A stretch of 64,000 nt of DNA from an uncultured Chloroflexia bacterium (GTDB lineage Bacteria > Chloroflexota > Limnocylindria > Limnocylindrales > CSP1-4). The position numbers were made by a program, and so were the translations under genes. The notes under the pieces are model-generated. The model was not told the origin of the DNA. It saw nothing but the letters and a program-made list of their open reading frames with translations, and made no database searches. The DNA is taken from the NCBI GenBank assembly GCA_963713975.1, contig OY970218.1:1312001-1376000 (forward strand), in the 5' to 3' direction. Positions 9,072 through 18,643 of this stretch are shown here, piece by piece. Position 1 is the first letter of the stretch. Each line of letters starts with the position of its first letter.

Positions 9072-10670
9072 ATGCGCGCCCCCATCAACCATCTGCTCCC
9101 CCTTGCGGTCCTCCTGATCGCCGGGTCGCTCCTCGCGGGCTGCGCCTCGGCCACCGGACCGGTCTGGACGTTCGGGCCGCCAGCATCCGGTGGAGCCGCT
9201 GCATCGCCCACGACCCCCGCGACATCGCCCACCACCCCCGAGGCGTCTCCATCGGCACCGGCGACCGCGGCGACCGTGAGCGTCCTCCCGACGCTGACCC
9301 CGAAGGCGGACCTCAAGCCCGTGCCCGACACCGAGGTCAATGTCGCCATCGCGCCGAACGTGCCCCCCGCTTCGGGGCGCACCGAGCAGGCGATCGTCGA
9401 CGTCCACTTCGACGTCGTCGAGGGCATCAAGACCATTGATGCGAACCGGGGCCTCCAGTACATGACCTGGGGCTACCGGATCAACGGCGACTCGGCGGTG
9501 ACCGGGACCCCCGGTCCGATCGTCCGTGCCCGCGTGGGGGACATCCTGCGCTTCACGATCACGAACCTCGCCGGCAACAGCATGCCCCACAACGTTGACT
9601 TCCATGCGGTGACCGGCCAGGGCGGCGGGGCTGCCGATACGACGGTCGCTCCGGGCGAGACGGCGGTCATCGAGGCTCGCATGCTGTATCCCGGCATGTT
9701 CATGTACCACTGCGCGTCGGGCGACGTGCCGACCCACATCGCCCAGGGCATGTACGGCGGCATCCTGGTGGATCCCGAGGTTCCCCTGCCAACCGTTGCA
9801 CACGAGCTGTACATGGTCCAGTCCGAGTACTACACGACCGATCCGGTCGCCGGCCCGCTGACCACCGACCGGGTCGCGATGACGAACGAGGACCCCCAGT
9901 TCGTGGTGTTCAATGGTGCCGTCGGCTCCCTGACGGGCGACAACTCACCGCACATGCAGGTCGGCGAGACGATGCGGATCTACTTCGTCAATGCCGGGCT
10001 GAACCTGGACTCGAACTTCCACCCGATCGGCTCGCACTGGGACGCGGTGTACTCCGAGGCCGCCCTGCTGAACCCGCCCCTTCGCGGGTCGCAGACGACC
10101 CTGGTCCCCGCGGGTGGCGGCGTGGTGGTCGAGCTCATCGGCCAGGTGCCGATGACCGTCGTCCTCGTGGATCACGCGCTGACGCGCGCCTTCGACAAGG
10201 GGGCGATCGGCACGATCGTGATCGACGGCGAACCGAACCCGGAGATCTTCGAGGCCCTGGGCCTGCAGGACGTGCCCGGCGCATCGGGAGGGCCGGCGAC
10301 TCCGCCGCCGTCCAGTGCCCCCGCACCGGCGACGCCCGCCCCGAGTGCCGCCAGCGGCAACGTCGACATGTCGATCGTCGCGGGCAGCTCCATCTTCCAG
10401 GACGCCAACGCGCCCGACGAGTTCGCCGAGACCGAGAGCATCCCCGACTACAGCGTCAATGTCCTGACGGTCAAGCCCGGCACGACCGTCACCTGGACCA
10501 ATGACGACCCCGGCATGGTGCACACGGTGACCGCCGTGGATGGATCGTTCGACTCGGGCTTCCTCCAGGCCGGCCAGACATACTCGTACACGTTCCAGAC
10601 CCCCGGCGAGTTCGAGTACACCTGCACGCCCCACCCGTGGATGCGGGCGAAGGTCATCGTCGAGGGCTAG
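9072..10670 (+). CDS. nirK: Copper-containing nitrite reductase lipoprotein with a C-terminal cupredoxin domain
   Basis: Lipobox LAGC; PHNVDFHA, YHCASGDVPTHIAQGMYG, SNFHPIG and VDHA supply the T1/T2 Cu ligands and catalytic Asp/His; the C-terminal HTVT...YTCTPHPWM is a blue-copper site. Confidence 0.88.
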   Translation: MRAPINHLLPLAVLLIAGSLLAGCASATGPVWTFGPPASGGAAASPTTPATSPTTPEASPSAPATAATVSVLPTLTPKADLKPVPDTEVNVAIAPNVPPASGRTEQAIVDVHFDVVEGIKTIDANRGLQYMTWGYRINGDSAVTGTPGPIVRARVGDILRFTITNLAGNSMPHNVDFHAVTGQGGGAADTTVAPGETAVIEARMLYPGMFMYHCASGDVPTHIAQGMYGGILVDPEVPLPTVAHELYMVQSEYYTTDPVAGPLTTDRVAMTNEDPQFVVFNGAVGSLTGDNSPHMQVGETMRIYFVNAGLNLDSNFHPIGSHWDAVYSEAALLNPPLRGSQTTLVPAGGGVVVELIGQVPMTVVLVDHALTRAFDKGAIGTIVIDGEPNPEIFEALGLQDVPGASGGPATPPPSSAPAPATPAPSAASGNVDMSIVAGSSIFQDANAPDEFAETESIPDYSVNVLTVKPGTTVTWTNDDPGMVHTVTAVDGSFDSGFLQAGQTYSYTFQTPGEFEYTCTPHPWMRAKVIVEG

Positions 10671-10739
10671 GCCTCCAGGGTCGGGCACCACCGCGCGGGG
10701 CGACCCTGCCGGTCTGCCCCGCGACCTTGCCGGTCGCCC

Positions 10740-12425
10740 TCAGGGTTCCTGGGCGATCATCGCCAGGATGGTCTCGACATCCGCGGTGCCGACGACGCCC
10801 TGGTACTTGGCCCGGACGATCCCGTGACCGTCCACGACATACAGCCAGGGCATCGACGCGATGCCCCATGCCGACCCCCCGACCCCCCACGCCTTCGCGG
10901 CACTGGTCAGCTTCGGGTCGGCCAGCGTCCCATCGAGCACCGGCTCCGACGCCACGACCGTGTACCGGAACGGCTCGTGGTGGATGAAGTCGACACCCGC
11001 CCACCGGTCGAGCAGACCGCGGGACATGAACAGCGCCGTGCCGCACCCCCGGCTCACCTTGAAGCGATAGGAGTCGATGATCAGGACGAATGGTCGGCCC
11101 GCGGTGAGCGAATCTGCGGTCGAGGTGTTCGAGAGCCGTGGATCCGGTACCGGGTCCGTGGTTACCCATGAGGCGTCACCGCCGTAATCGGCGGCAACCG
11201 GCGTCCGCATCGCGGGAGCCGCATCACCGAGTGCGGGTGTCTCACCCTGGTCCCTGACCATCATCCCCATCCTGCCTGCCCACCGGGTGCCGGCGCGGTC
11301 CACGCCCGTGATGACCGCGGTCCACTGGCCCGGTGTCGGGATGTCCATCGTCGCGATGTAGTACACCGAGCCCCTGCCGTCCTGTTGGACCGTCATGGCC
11401 GGTACGGCACGGCCAACCGGGGTGGTGTTGTCCGCCAGCAGCTGGATGGCCACCGCAAGCCCGGGATCGTCGATGCGGCCGTCCAGCCTCTCCAGCTTGA
11501 GGATCACCGGGCTGTGGCCACCAGACCAGACGGCGCTGGACACCAGCACCGGCCAGAACGTCGATGCGGCGGGGGGCATGCTGGGGCTGGCGGCCGTGGC
11601 CGTCGGAACGGCGGCCGTGGTGGGTGTGGGCGTCGCCGTCGGGATCGGCGTGGCGTCGGGGATCGGCGTGGGCGCAACCGTCGGGATGGGCGTGGCGGCT
11701 GCGACTCGACGCAGGACCTCGGCCATGGTTGGGCTATCGGTGCCGAAGGGCAGCCGTCCTCGCAGGCGGCCGGTGCCGTCGATCACGAAGACATCGGCCG
11801 TGTGGGCCATCGAATACTCGGCCGGGTCGGCCTCCTCCACGCGTGCATAGCGAACGCCCCACGCATCGGCCGTCTCCCGGATCTGGGCGGCCGTCCCGGT
11901 AGCTGCCGTGGTCCCGGCCGGCATGTAGCGCACGTACTTGGACAGGAATGCGACCGTGTCCCGTTCCGGATCGACGCTGACGAAGACCGCCCTGGCTCCG
12001 ATGTCGGCTGCTGCGATCGCCTCGCCGACAACGCCGATGGTGGTCGGGCAGATATCGGGACAGTGGGTGTAGCCGAAGAAGACCAGGACGGGCCCGCCAC
12101 GCATCCCGGCGAGCGACAGCGGTGCCCCGTCCGCCCCGGTCAACTCGAGCGCAGACGCCGGGACGGGGGCTGGATCGAGATACCCTTCCACGTCGATCCC
12201 GTCGGGCGGGCTGGCGGACGCTGACGGCTCGGAGCTCGAGCCGATGGTCGTGCCCCATGCGCCGGCGCCCTGGCCGCCCGGATCCGACTCGGTCAACCCG
12301 GCCACGCCCTTGGCCGCGATGGCGATCAGGAATACCGCGATCAGCAGGACGGTGAGGCGGAAGGCACCATCCGAGACCCCACGCGAGCCACCGGTCGAGG
12401 CCGGCGCCTCCGGTCGTCCCGTCAT
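10740..12425 (-). CDS. SCO1/SenC copper chaperone fused to a second extracytoplasmic thioredoxin-like region
   Basis: FFGYTHCPDICPTT (CxxxC), VSVDPERD, YSMAHT; PTP linker; C-terminal PWLYVVDGHGIVRAKY; start trimmed to ATG 12425. Confidence 0.8.
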   Translation of the reverse strand: MTGRPEAPASTGGSRGVSDGAFRLTVLLIAVFLIAIAAKGVAGLTESDPGGQGAGAWGTTIGSSSEPSASASPPDGIDVEGYLDPAPVPASALELTGADGAPLSLAGMRGGPVLVFFGYTHCPDICPTTIGVVGEAIAAADIGARAVFVSVDPERDTVAFLSKYVRYMPAGTTAATGTAAQIRETADAWGVRYARVEEADPAEYSMAHTADVFVIDGTGRLRGRLPFGTDSPTMAEVLRRVAAATPIPTVAPTPIPDATPIPTATPTPTTAAVPTATAASPSMPPAASTFWPVLVSSAVWSGGHSPVILKLERLDGRIDDPGLAVAIQLLADNTTPVGRAVPAMTVQQDGRGSVYYIATMDIPTPGQWTAVITGVDRAGTRWAGRMGMMVRDQGETPALGDAAPAMRTPVAADYGGDASWVTTDPVPDPRLSNTSTADSLTAGRPFVLIIDSYRFKVSRGCGTALFMSRGLLDRWAGVDFIHHEPFRYTVVASEPVLDGTLADPKLTSAAKAWGVGGSAWGIASMPWLYVVDGHGIVRAKYQGVVGTADVETILAMIAQEP

Positions 12426-12510
12426 GGCAGCCAGACCGGATCCAGCCAGAACCGGCTCCCCGGAGACGGGCTGGCGTAATCTACCAGCAACTGAGTACAC
12501 ATTGCGGAAC

Positions 12511-13932
12511 ATGATAGGCGACCCACTGAACCAGGTCGGCCCGGATCCATCCGACGACCCGCACACTCCCAGCGATGCGGTGATCGCCGGTACCACCGAC
12601 ACGCGGAGGGCGATTCCGCCCCGGACCCCGCCCACCAGGGCGCCACTCCCTATTCCGCTCTCGACCGCACCGCGGCCCGTACCGGGCGGCCCCCTCCGTC
12701 CGGGGCCCCGGCGTGCCGACGATCGACGCGTGGCGATGGCCTCCCTGGTCGTCGCCGGGGGCTTCCTCGCGGCCGCGATCCTGGTGCTGATTGCCGAGTC
12801 CCTGGGGGCCGGTGTCATCTCGCCCTGGCTGCCGCTCCACCTCGCACTCGCCGGGGGCGCCTCGACGGCGATCGCGGGTGTGATGCCGTTCTTCGTGGCA
12901 GCGCTGGCCGCCAGCCCGCCTGCCGGCGTGCGACTCCGGGGCGGGGCCGTTGCGCTGGTTGCCGTCGGTGCCGCCCTGGTGGCCGTGCGTGGCGTGATCC
13001 CGGCCATGACCATGCTGCCGATCATCGGGGGGCTGCTCTACCTCGCCGGGATCGGTGCGGTGGCCGCCGCCATCCGTGCGTCGGACCGGGCCGGCCTGAT
13101 GATGCGGCGCCCGATCGTGACCACGGGCTACACGCTGGCCCTGGTCAACGTGGCGATCGGCGCCACCCTGGGGACGCTGGCGGTCGCGGGCTGGATCCCG
13201 ATCCTCGAGCGCTGGGTGCAGCTGCGGCCCGCCCACGCCTGGACGAACATGCTGGGGTTCGTGTCCCTGGTCATCGTGTCCACGCTCCTCCACTTCCTGC
13301 CGACCGTGCTCGGGACACGGATCGTGTCGCGTCGGACGGCGGCCATCGCCGTGCTCGGGCCCGCGATGGGATCGCCGCTGGTCGTTGGCGGCCTGCTGCT
13401 CGGCTGGGGTGCCGTTGCCGGTGGCGGAGCGGTGCTGACGGCGATCGGCGCCGCGGCAATGGGCCTGGAGGCCATCCATGTCACGCGCGACCGGGGGCAC
13501 TGGACGTCGGACCCGGGCTGGCATCGGTTCGCCTCGCTGGGCCTCCTGGCGGGCGTCGCCTGGTTCCTGGTCGGCGTCATCCTGGCCGCCCTGCAGGTCA
13601 TCATCCACGCGCCGGCAGCCGACACGTGGTCGAGCCAGGTGGTGGGGGTGCCGCTCGCGCTGGGCTGGATCGTGGGCGTGCTGCTGGCGTCGTGGACGCA
13701 CCTGCTGCCGTCGATCGGGCCGGGCGGACCGGTGGCCCACGCACGCCAGCGGGTGGTGCTCGGCCGGCTGTCGACCCCACGCCTGGTGGCCTTCAATGTG
13801 GGCGTGGCGCTGCTCGCGCTTGGGTGGCCGCTGGGCATCCCGGTGCTGGTCGCCCTCGGGTCGATCCTGGCGGGCGCGTCCATGGCCGGGACGTTGTCGC
13901 TTGCCGTCGTCGCCCTGCGGGCGGGTCGCTGA
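12511..13932 (+). CDS. Polytopic His-containing membrane protein associated with nirK (NnrS-like or actinobacterial NirK N-terminal-like)
   Basis: About 12 TM helices; WLPLHL, AHAWTNMLGFV, HFLPT, SWTHLLP; start uncertain. Confidence 0.6.
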   Translation: MIGDPLNQVGPDPSDDPHTPSDAVIAGTTDTRRAIPPRTPPTRAPLPIPLSTAPRPVPGGPLRPGPRRADDRRVAMASLVVAGGFLAAAILVLIAESLGAGVISPWLPLHLALAGGASTAIAGVMPFFVAALAASPPAGVRLRGGAVALVAVGAALVAVRGVIPAMTMLPIIGGLLYLAGIGAVAAAIRASDRAGLMMRRPIVTTGYTLALVNVAIGATLGTLAVAGWIPILERWVQLRPAHAWTNMLGFVSLVIVSTLLHFLPTVLGTRIVSRRTAAIAVLGPAMGSPLVVGGLLLGWGAVAGGGAVLTAIGAAAMGLEAIHVTRDRGHWTSDPGWHRFASLGLLAGVAWFLVGVILAALQVIIHAPAADTWSSQVVGVPLALGWIVGVLLASWTHLLPSIGPGGPVAHARQRVVLGRLSTPRLVAFNVGVALLALGWPLGIPVLVALGSILAGASMAGTLSLAVVALRAGR

Positions 13933-13958
13933 CGATCCGAACGCCGCCTGGGTGGCCC

Positions 13959-14402
13959 TCAGCCGGTCGAGGCCTCCATCGCTGATGCGGCGCTGCGTCG
14001 GGCGGCCAGATCGGCCAGCGAGGAGCCGGCGAAGTGGCTGCGCAGCGCCTCCTGCCCGTCGAAGAAGACGTCGTGCACGTCGCACGTCCCGTCCAGTCCG
14101 CACGGCCCGCCGCGGAGCACGCACGACTGGCGACGACTGTCACCCTCGACGGCCTCGATCACGTCCAGGAGGCTGATGGCCGCCGCCTCCCTCGACAGCC
14201 GGTAGCCGCCCGCCCGCCCGGGGGCGGCCTCGACCAGTCCGCCGCGCTGGAGGTCGGCGAGCACCTGGGGCAGGAACCGGACGGGGATGCCCATGGCGTC
14301 GGAGATCCGGCGCGCGGAGAGCAACCCATTGCCCGACCCGCGAGTCAGGGCGAGCATCGCGCGCACGGCGTAGTCGCCGCGCTTGGTCAGTTCTAGGCGC
14401 AT
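13959..14402 (-). CDS. Rrf2-family Fe-S transcriptional regulator (NsrR/IscR-like)
   Basis: LTKRGDYAVRAM, GRAGGYRL, ISLLDVIEAVEG, three Cys in CVLRGGPCGLDGTC. Confidence 0.9.
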   Translation of the reverse strand: MRLELTKRGDYAVRAMLALTRGSGNGLLSARRISDAMGIPVRFLPQVLADLQRGGLVEAAPGRAGGYRLSREAAAISLLDVIEAVEGDSRRQSCVLRGGPCGLDGTCDVHDVFFDGQEALRSHFAGSSLADLAARRSAASAMEASTG

Positions 14403-14523
14403 CGGCGGAGTATGCGTCCGAACGGCCGATGACGCCCCGAGCTCCTGCCCGTCTGCCCCCGCCTCGCGCCTCAGCGAGCCGTCGCCGACCGGGTGCCCGA
14501 CCCTCAACCGGTAGACTGCGCGG

Positions 14524-15564
14524 ATGCCCCGCTTCAACTACGGCGGTCAGGCGCTGATCGAAGGCGTCATGATGCGCGGTCGCGACGCCATCGCGGTCGC
14601 CCTGCGCCATCCCGACGGCCGCATCGTCTGGACCCAGGAACGCCTGGATGAAGGCGCCGTCCACGGTCACCGGGCCGCCAAGTGGCCGTTCGTGCGTGGA
14701 CTCGTCGTCCTCTACGAGACGCTCGTCGTCGGGACCCGCTGGCTCATCCGCTCGGCGGGCCTGCAGGCCGAGGACGAGGGCGTGGAGATCGGCAAGGGCT
14801 CCGTGGCCCTCATGCTGGGCATCACCGCGATCCTGGGCATCGGCCTGTTCTTCATCCTGCCCCTGGTGGTCGCGACATTCACGGCCGGCAACATCGAGAA
14901 CGACCTCGTCCAGCACCTCGTCGAGGGCCTGACCCGCATCGTCATCTTCCTCGGCTACCTCGTGGTCATCAGCCGGACGCCGGATATCCACCGCGTCTTC
15001 CAGTACCACGGCGCCGAGCACATGACCATCCACGCGCTCGAGGCCGGCGACCCGCTCCGCCCGGAGAACGTGCGCAAGTACCCCACTGCTCACCCGCGCT
15101 GCGGCACGGAGTTCCTGGTGGTCGTGATCCTGCTCTCGATCCTGGCCTTCAGTCTCGTGGGCCGTCAGCCCCCGCTGGTGATGATCGCGAGCCGCATCCT
15201 GCTGATCCCGGTGATCGCCTCCGTGGGCTACGAGCTGCTCCGGTTCGGGGCCCGTCACCGCTCCAACCCCGTCGTCAGGGTGATCATGTGGCCCGGGATC
15301 CTGGTCCAGAAGATCACGACCAAGCAGCCGACCGACGACATGATCGAGGTCGCGATCGTGTCGATCGAGCAGGCGATCCTGGCCGACGGCGACGAGATCC
15401 CCGAGGGCGGTCTGGAGCTCGCCCGTGACCCGATGCCGCTCCCCGGCGAGACCGCCGCGGGCGTCCGTGCCGTGCAGGAGCAGGCGGAAGCGGAGATGGC
15501 CGCGAACGCCGCCGAGGGCGACTCGCCGACGAAGGCGGTCACCGACCCGCCGATCTCCGGCTGA
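14524..15564 (+). CDS. DUF1385 (YqhQ-like) membrane protein
   Basis: YGGQALIEGVMMRG, FQYHGAEH, HPRCGT; typical position before prfA/prmC. Confidence 0.88.
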   Translation: MPRFNYGGQALIEGVMMRGRDAIAVALRHPDGRIVWTQERLDEGAVHGHRAAKWPFVRGLVVLYETLVVGTRWLIRSAGLQAEDEGVEIGKGSVALMLGITAILGIGLFFILPLVVATFTAGNIENDLVQHLVEGLTRIVIFLGYLVVISRTPDIHRVFQYHGAEHMTIHALEAGDPLRPENVRKYPTAHPRCGTEFLVVVILLSILAFSLVGRQPPLVMIASRILLIPVIASVGYELLRFGARHRSNPVVRVIMWPGILVQKITTKQPTDDMIEVAIVSIEQAILADGDEIPEGGLELARDPMPLPGETAAGVRAVQEQAEAEMAANAAEGDSPTKAVTDPPISG

Positions 15565-15586
15565 TCGCGGCCGGACCGGACGTCCC

Positions 15587-16718
15587 GTGGCGGACACGAC
15601 CAGCCTCGATGTGAAGCTCGCCGGGCTTGCCCGGCAGTACGACGACGTCGGCCGCCAGCTGGGCACGCCCGAGGTCCTCTCGGACCCGGACCAGCTCCGC
15701 CGGCTCGGCCGTGAGCTCGCCCGCCTCGAACCGGTCGTGGCCGCGTACCGCGAGCTGGGTGACGTCCGAGCGCAGCTCGATGGCGCGCGCCAGCTCCTCC
15801 ACGCCGAGTCCGACGAGGAGATGCGTGCGATGGCCCGCGAGGAGGTCGTGGCGCTCGAGGCCCGGGAGACGACGCTGATCGAGGATCTGAAGGTCGCGCT
15901 CATCCCGCGTGACCCCAACGACGATCGCAACGTCATCGTGGAGATCCGGGCCGGCGCCGGGGGCGAGGAGGCCGCGCTGTTCGCGGGCGAGCTCCTGCGG
16001 ATGTACTCGCGCTACGCGCAGGAGCACCGGTTCCGGACCGACCTGATGAGCCTCAACGAGACCGGCATCGGCGGCATCAAGGAGGCGATCCTCGAGGTGG
16101 CCGGCGACGGTGCCTACAGCCGGCTCAAGTTCGAGGGCGGCGTCCATCGCGTGCAGCGCGTGCCGTCCACGGAGTCCAGCGGGCGGATCCACACCAGCAC
16201 CGCGACCGTCATCGTCCTGCCCGAGGTGGACGAGGTCGAGGTGGCGATCGACGAGACACGGGACCTCCGGATCGACGTCAAGCGCGCCTCGGGCCCGGGC
16301 GGCCAGTCGGTCAACACCACCGATTTCGGCCGTGCGGATCACCCACCTGCCCACGGGCCTCGTGGTCGAGATCCAGGACGAGAAGAGCCAGCACAAGAAC
16401 AAGGCCAAGGCGCTGTCGGTCCTCCGCTCGCGCCTGTACGACCTGGAGCTGGCGAAGCAGCGCGAGGCGCAGAGCGTCGAGCGGCGGACGATGGTCCAGG
16501 CAGGGGACCGGTCCGAGAAGATCCGGACCTACAACTTCCCCGACAACCGGGTGACGGACCACCGGATCGGCACGACGATCCACAACGTCCCCGGCGTCCT
16601 CGAGGGCCAGCTGGATCCGCTCATCGATGCCCTCGTAATGGCGGACCAGGCGGACCGTCTGCGCAACCTCACGGAGTCCGACGATGGCACGGATGCCGGC
16701 GCTGCCGCCCGATCCTGA
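15587..16718 (+). CDS. prfA: Peptide chain release factor 1, with one extra T at 16324-16326 breaking the frame
   Basis: [27 protein letters not shown] (PxT motif, RF1-type), [11 protein letters not shown], then SAVRITHLP...[11 protein letters not shown] in the +1 frame. Confidence 0.93.
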
Positions 16719-16745
16719 GCGGCCCGCCGTCCGGTCGTGGACGGC

Positions 16746-17675
16746 ATGAGCGGCACGGCCCTCACCGTCTCCGAGCTGGTCCGCCGCGGGGCCGAGCGCC
16801 TGGCCGCCGCCGGCATCGAATCCGCGCGCCTGGACGCCGAGCTGCTGATGGGGTTCGCCCTGGGGATCAGCCGGGCCGGGGTCCTGGCCCACCCGGATGG
16901 GCCGGCACCGGGAGCCGCGGCCCTGGCGTTCGAGGGCTACATCGACCGCCGGGAACTCGGCGAACCCGTGGCGTACATCCGCGGCTTCCGCGAGTTCCAC
17001 GGCCAGGCGATCTTCACGGACCGTCGGGCGCTCATCCCGCGACCCGAGACGGAGCTCCTCGTGGACGAGGCGCTGGCCGCGGTGGTCGGCCGCCTGACGG
17101 CCGCACCACGCCCCGCGGGCTCACCGCCCCTGCGCGTCGCCGATGTCGGGACGGGGAGCGGGGCGATCGCCGTGGCGCTCATCGCGGCGCTGCGGAGGCG
17201 GCGCATGGATGAGCACGTGATCATCGTCGCGGTGGACATCAGCGGCGACGCCCTGGACCTGGCGCGCGAGAATGCCGCGGGTCACGGCGTCGCGGACCGG
17301 ATGCGCTTCCGTGAGGGGGACCTGCTCCCCGTCGGTGACGAGCCCTACGCCGTGATCTGCGCCAACCTCCCGTACGTGGCGACAGCGGCGTTGGACGGGC
17401 TCGAGAAGGACCTCTCGTTCGAGCCGCGCCTCGCCCTGGACGGCGGGCCCGACGGGCTGGACGAGATCCGACGGCTGATGGAGCGGCTGCCGAAGGTCAT
17501 CAAGGACGACGGCATCGCCCTGTTCGAGATCGGCTTCGACCAGGCGGATGCCATCCTCGTGGCGGTCGGGGAGCTGCTGCCGGGCTGGCGCTGTGCCGTC
17601 CAGGCCGACCTGGCCGGTCTGCCCCGCCTCGCGCGCATCGAGCCACCGCCCCTCGCGGGAACGCCCCGCGCGTGA
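16746..17675 (+). CDS. prmC: Release factor glutamine methyltransferase
   Basis: EPVAYI, LIPRPETE, DVGTGSGAIA, ANLPY, ALDGGPDGL; follows prfA. Confidence 0.93.
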   Translation: MSGTALTVSELVRRGAERLAAAGIESARLDAELLMGFALGISRAGVLAHPDGPAPGAAALAFEGYIDRRELGEPVAYIRGFREFHGQAIFTDRRALIPRPETELLVDEALAAVVGRLTAAPRPAGSPPLRVADVGTGSGAIAVALIAALRRRRMDEHVIIVAVDISGDALDLARENAAGHGVADRMRFREGDLLPVGDEPYAVICANLPYVATAALDGLEKDLSFEPRLALDGGPDGLDEIRRLMERLPKVIKDDGIALFEIGFDQADAILVAVGELLPGWRCAVQADLAGLPRLARIEPPPLAGTPRA

Positions 17676-18643
17676 GGGACCACCGACCGCGCGTTCCGCC
17701 GGAGCCGGCATTCCCGGTGCGCATGATCGCACTCGATATCGACGGCACCCTGGTCGGATCGGACATGCAGCTCTCGGAGCGGACGGTCGATGCCATCGGC
17801 GAGGCGGTCCGGCGCGGCGTCAAGGTCAGCCTGGCGACCGGACGGATGCCCTCATCCGCGGTCGTGTTCGCCAACCGCCTGGGCCTCGTCGAGCCGATCG
17901 TGGGCCACCAGGGAGCGGTGGTTCGCGCCATGCCGGGCGAGGAAGCCCGTGGCGACCTGGGGCTGCCGCCGTCCCGCGGCCGCATCGGGCGGATCCTGTC
18001 GCACCAGCCGCTGGCACCGGACGTGATGGCGGACGCGGTGCGCTGGTGCTTTGCCAACGGCCTCAACCCGCATCTCAACCACCTGGAGCGGATGATCGTC
18101 CAGGAGGGCGATCCGAACGTCGCCGACTACTCCGTGTACCTGGGCCGCGATGCCGAGACGGTGCCGGACCTCATCCGGGACATCCGGACGCCCGTGTCCA
18201 AGCTCATCTCGGTGGGGGAGCCAGGGCGGCCGATGGCGCTGATCGAGGAAGCCCGCCGGCTGTTCGCGGGCCGGGCGAGCCCCACGGTCTCGCACCCGCG
18301 GTTCCTGGAGTTCGTGGCGCCGGGCGTGTCCAAGGGGCGGGCCGTGGCCTGGCTCGCGCACCGCGCCGGCGTCCCCATGGGGCAGGTGCTGGCGATGGGC
18401 GATGCGCTCAACGACGTGGAGATGATCGAGGACGCCGGCCACGGGGCGGCCATGGCGACGGCACCCGCGGAGGTCCGCCTCGCGGCCCGTTACATCGCGG
18501 CCCCGGTAGCCTCCGACGGGGCGGCCGAGATGATCGAGTCGCTGGTCCTGGCCCCGCCCGCGGAGGCAGCCCGCAACGCGGAACGCCTGGCCGAGGAGGC
18601 GCGGGACCACCAGGCGGCGCTCCGCGAAGGGGCTGCCAGATGA
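17672..18643 (+). CDS. Cof-type HAD-IIB hydrolase
   Basis: ALDIDGTL, LATGR, VSKG, MGDALNDVEM. Confidence 0.9.
   Translation: MRDHRPRVPPEPAFPVRMIALDIDGTLVGSDMQLSERTVDAIGEAVRRGVKVSLATGRMPSSAVVFANRLGLVEPIVGHQGAVVRAMPGEEARGDLGLPPSRGRIGRILSHQPLAPDVMADAVRWCFANGLNPHLNHLERMIVQEGDPNVADYSVYLGRDAETVPDLIRDIRTPVSKLISVGEPGRPMALIEEARRLFAGRASPTVSHPRFLEFVAPGVSKGRAVAWLAHRAGVPMGQVLAMGDALNDVEMIEDAGHGAAMATAPAEVRLAARYIAAPVASDGAAEMIESLVLAPPAEAARNAERLAEEARDHQAALREGAAR

Noticed and set aside
12426-13025. N-terminal extension of ORF 10740..13025, implying a long overlap between the SCO and membrane genes
   Set aside because: The extension is the antisense of the membrane gene; plausible starts at 12425 and 12511 leave a normal divergent promoter gap.
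16315-16335. prfB-style programmed frameshift
   Set aside because: The protein has the RF1 PxT motif and sits before prmC; there is no CTT-TGA site or internal SD, and the position is wrong.
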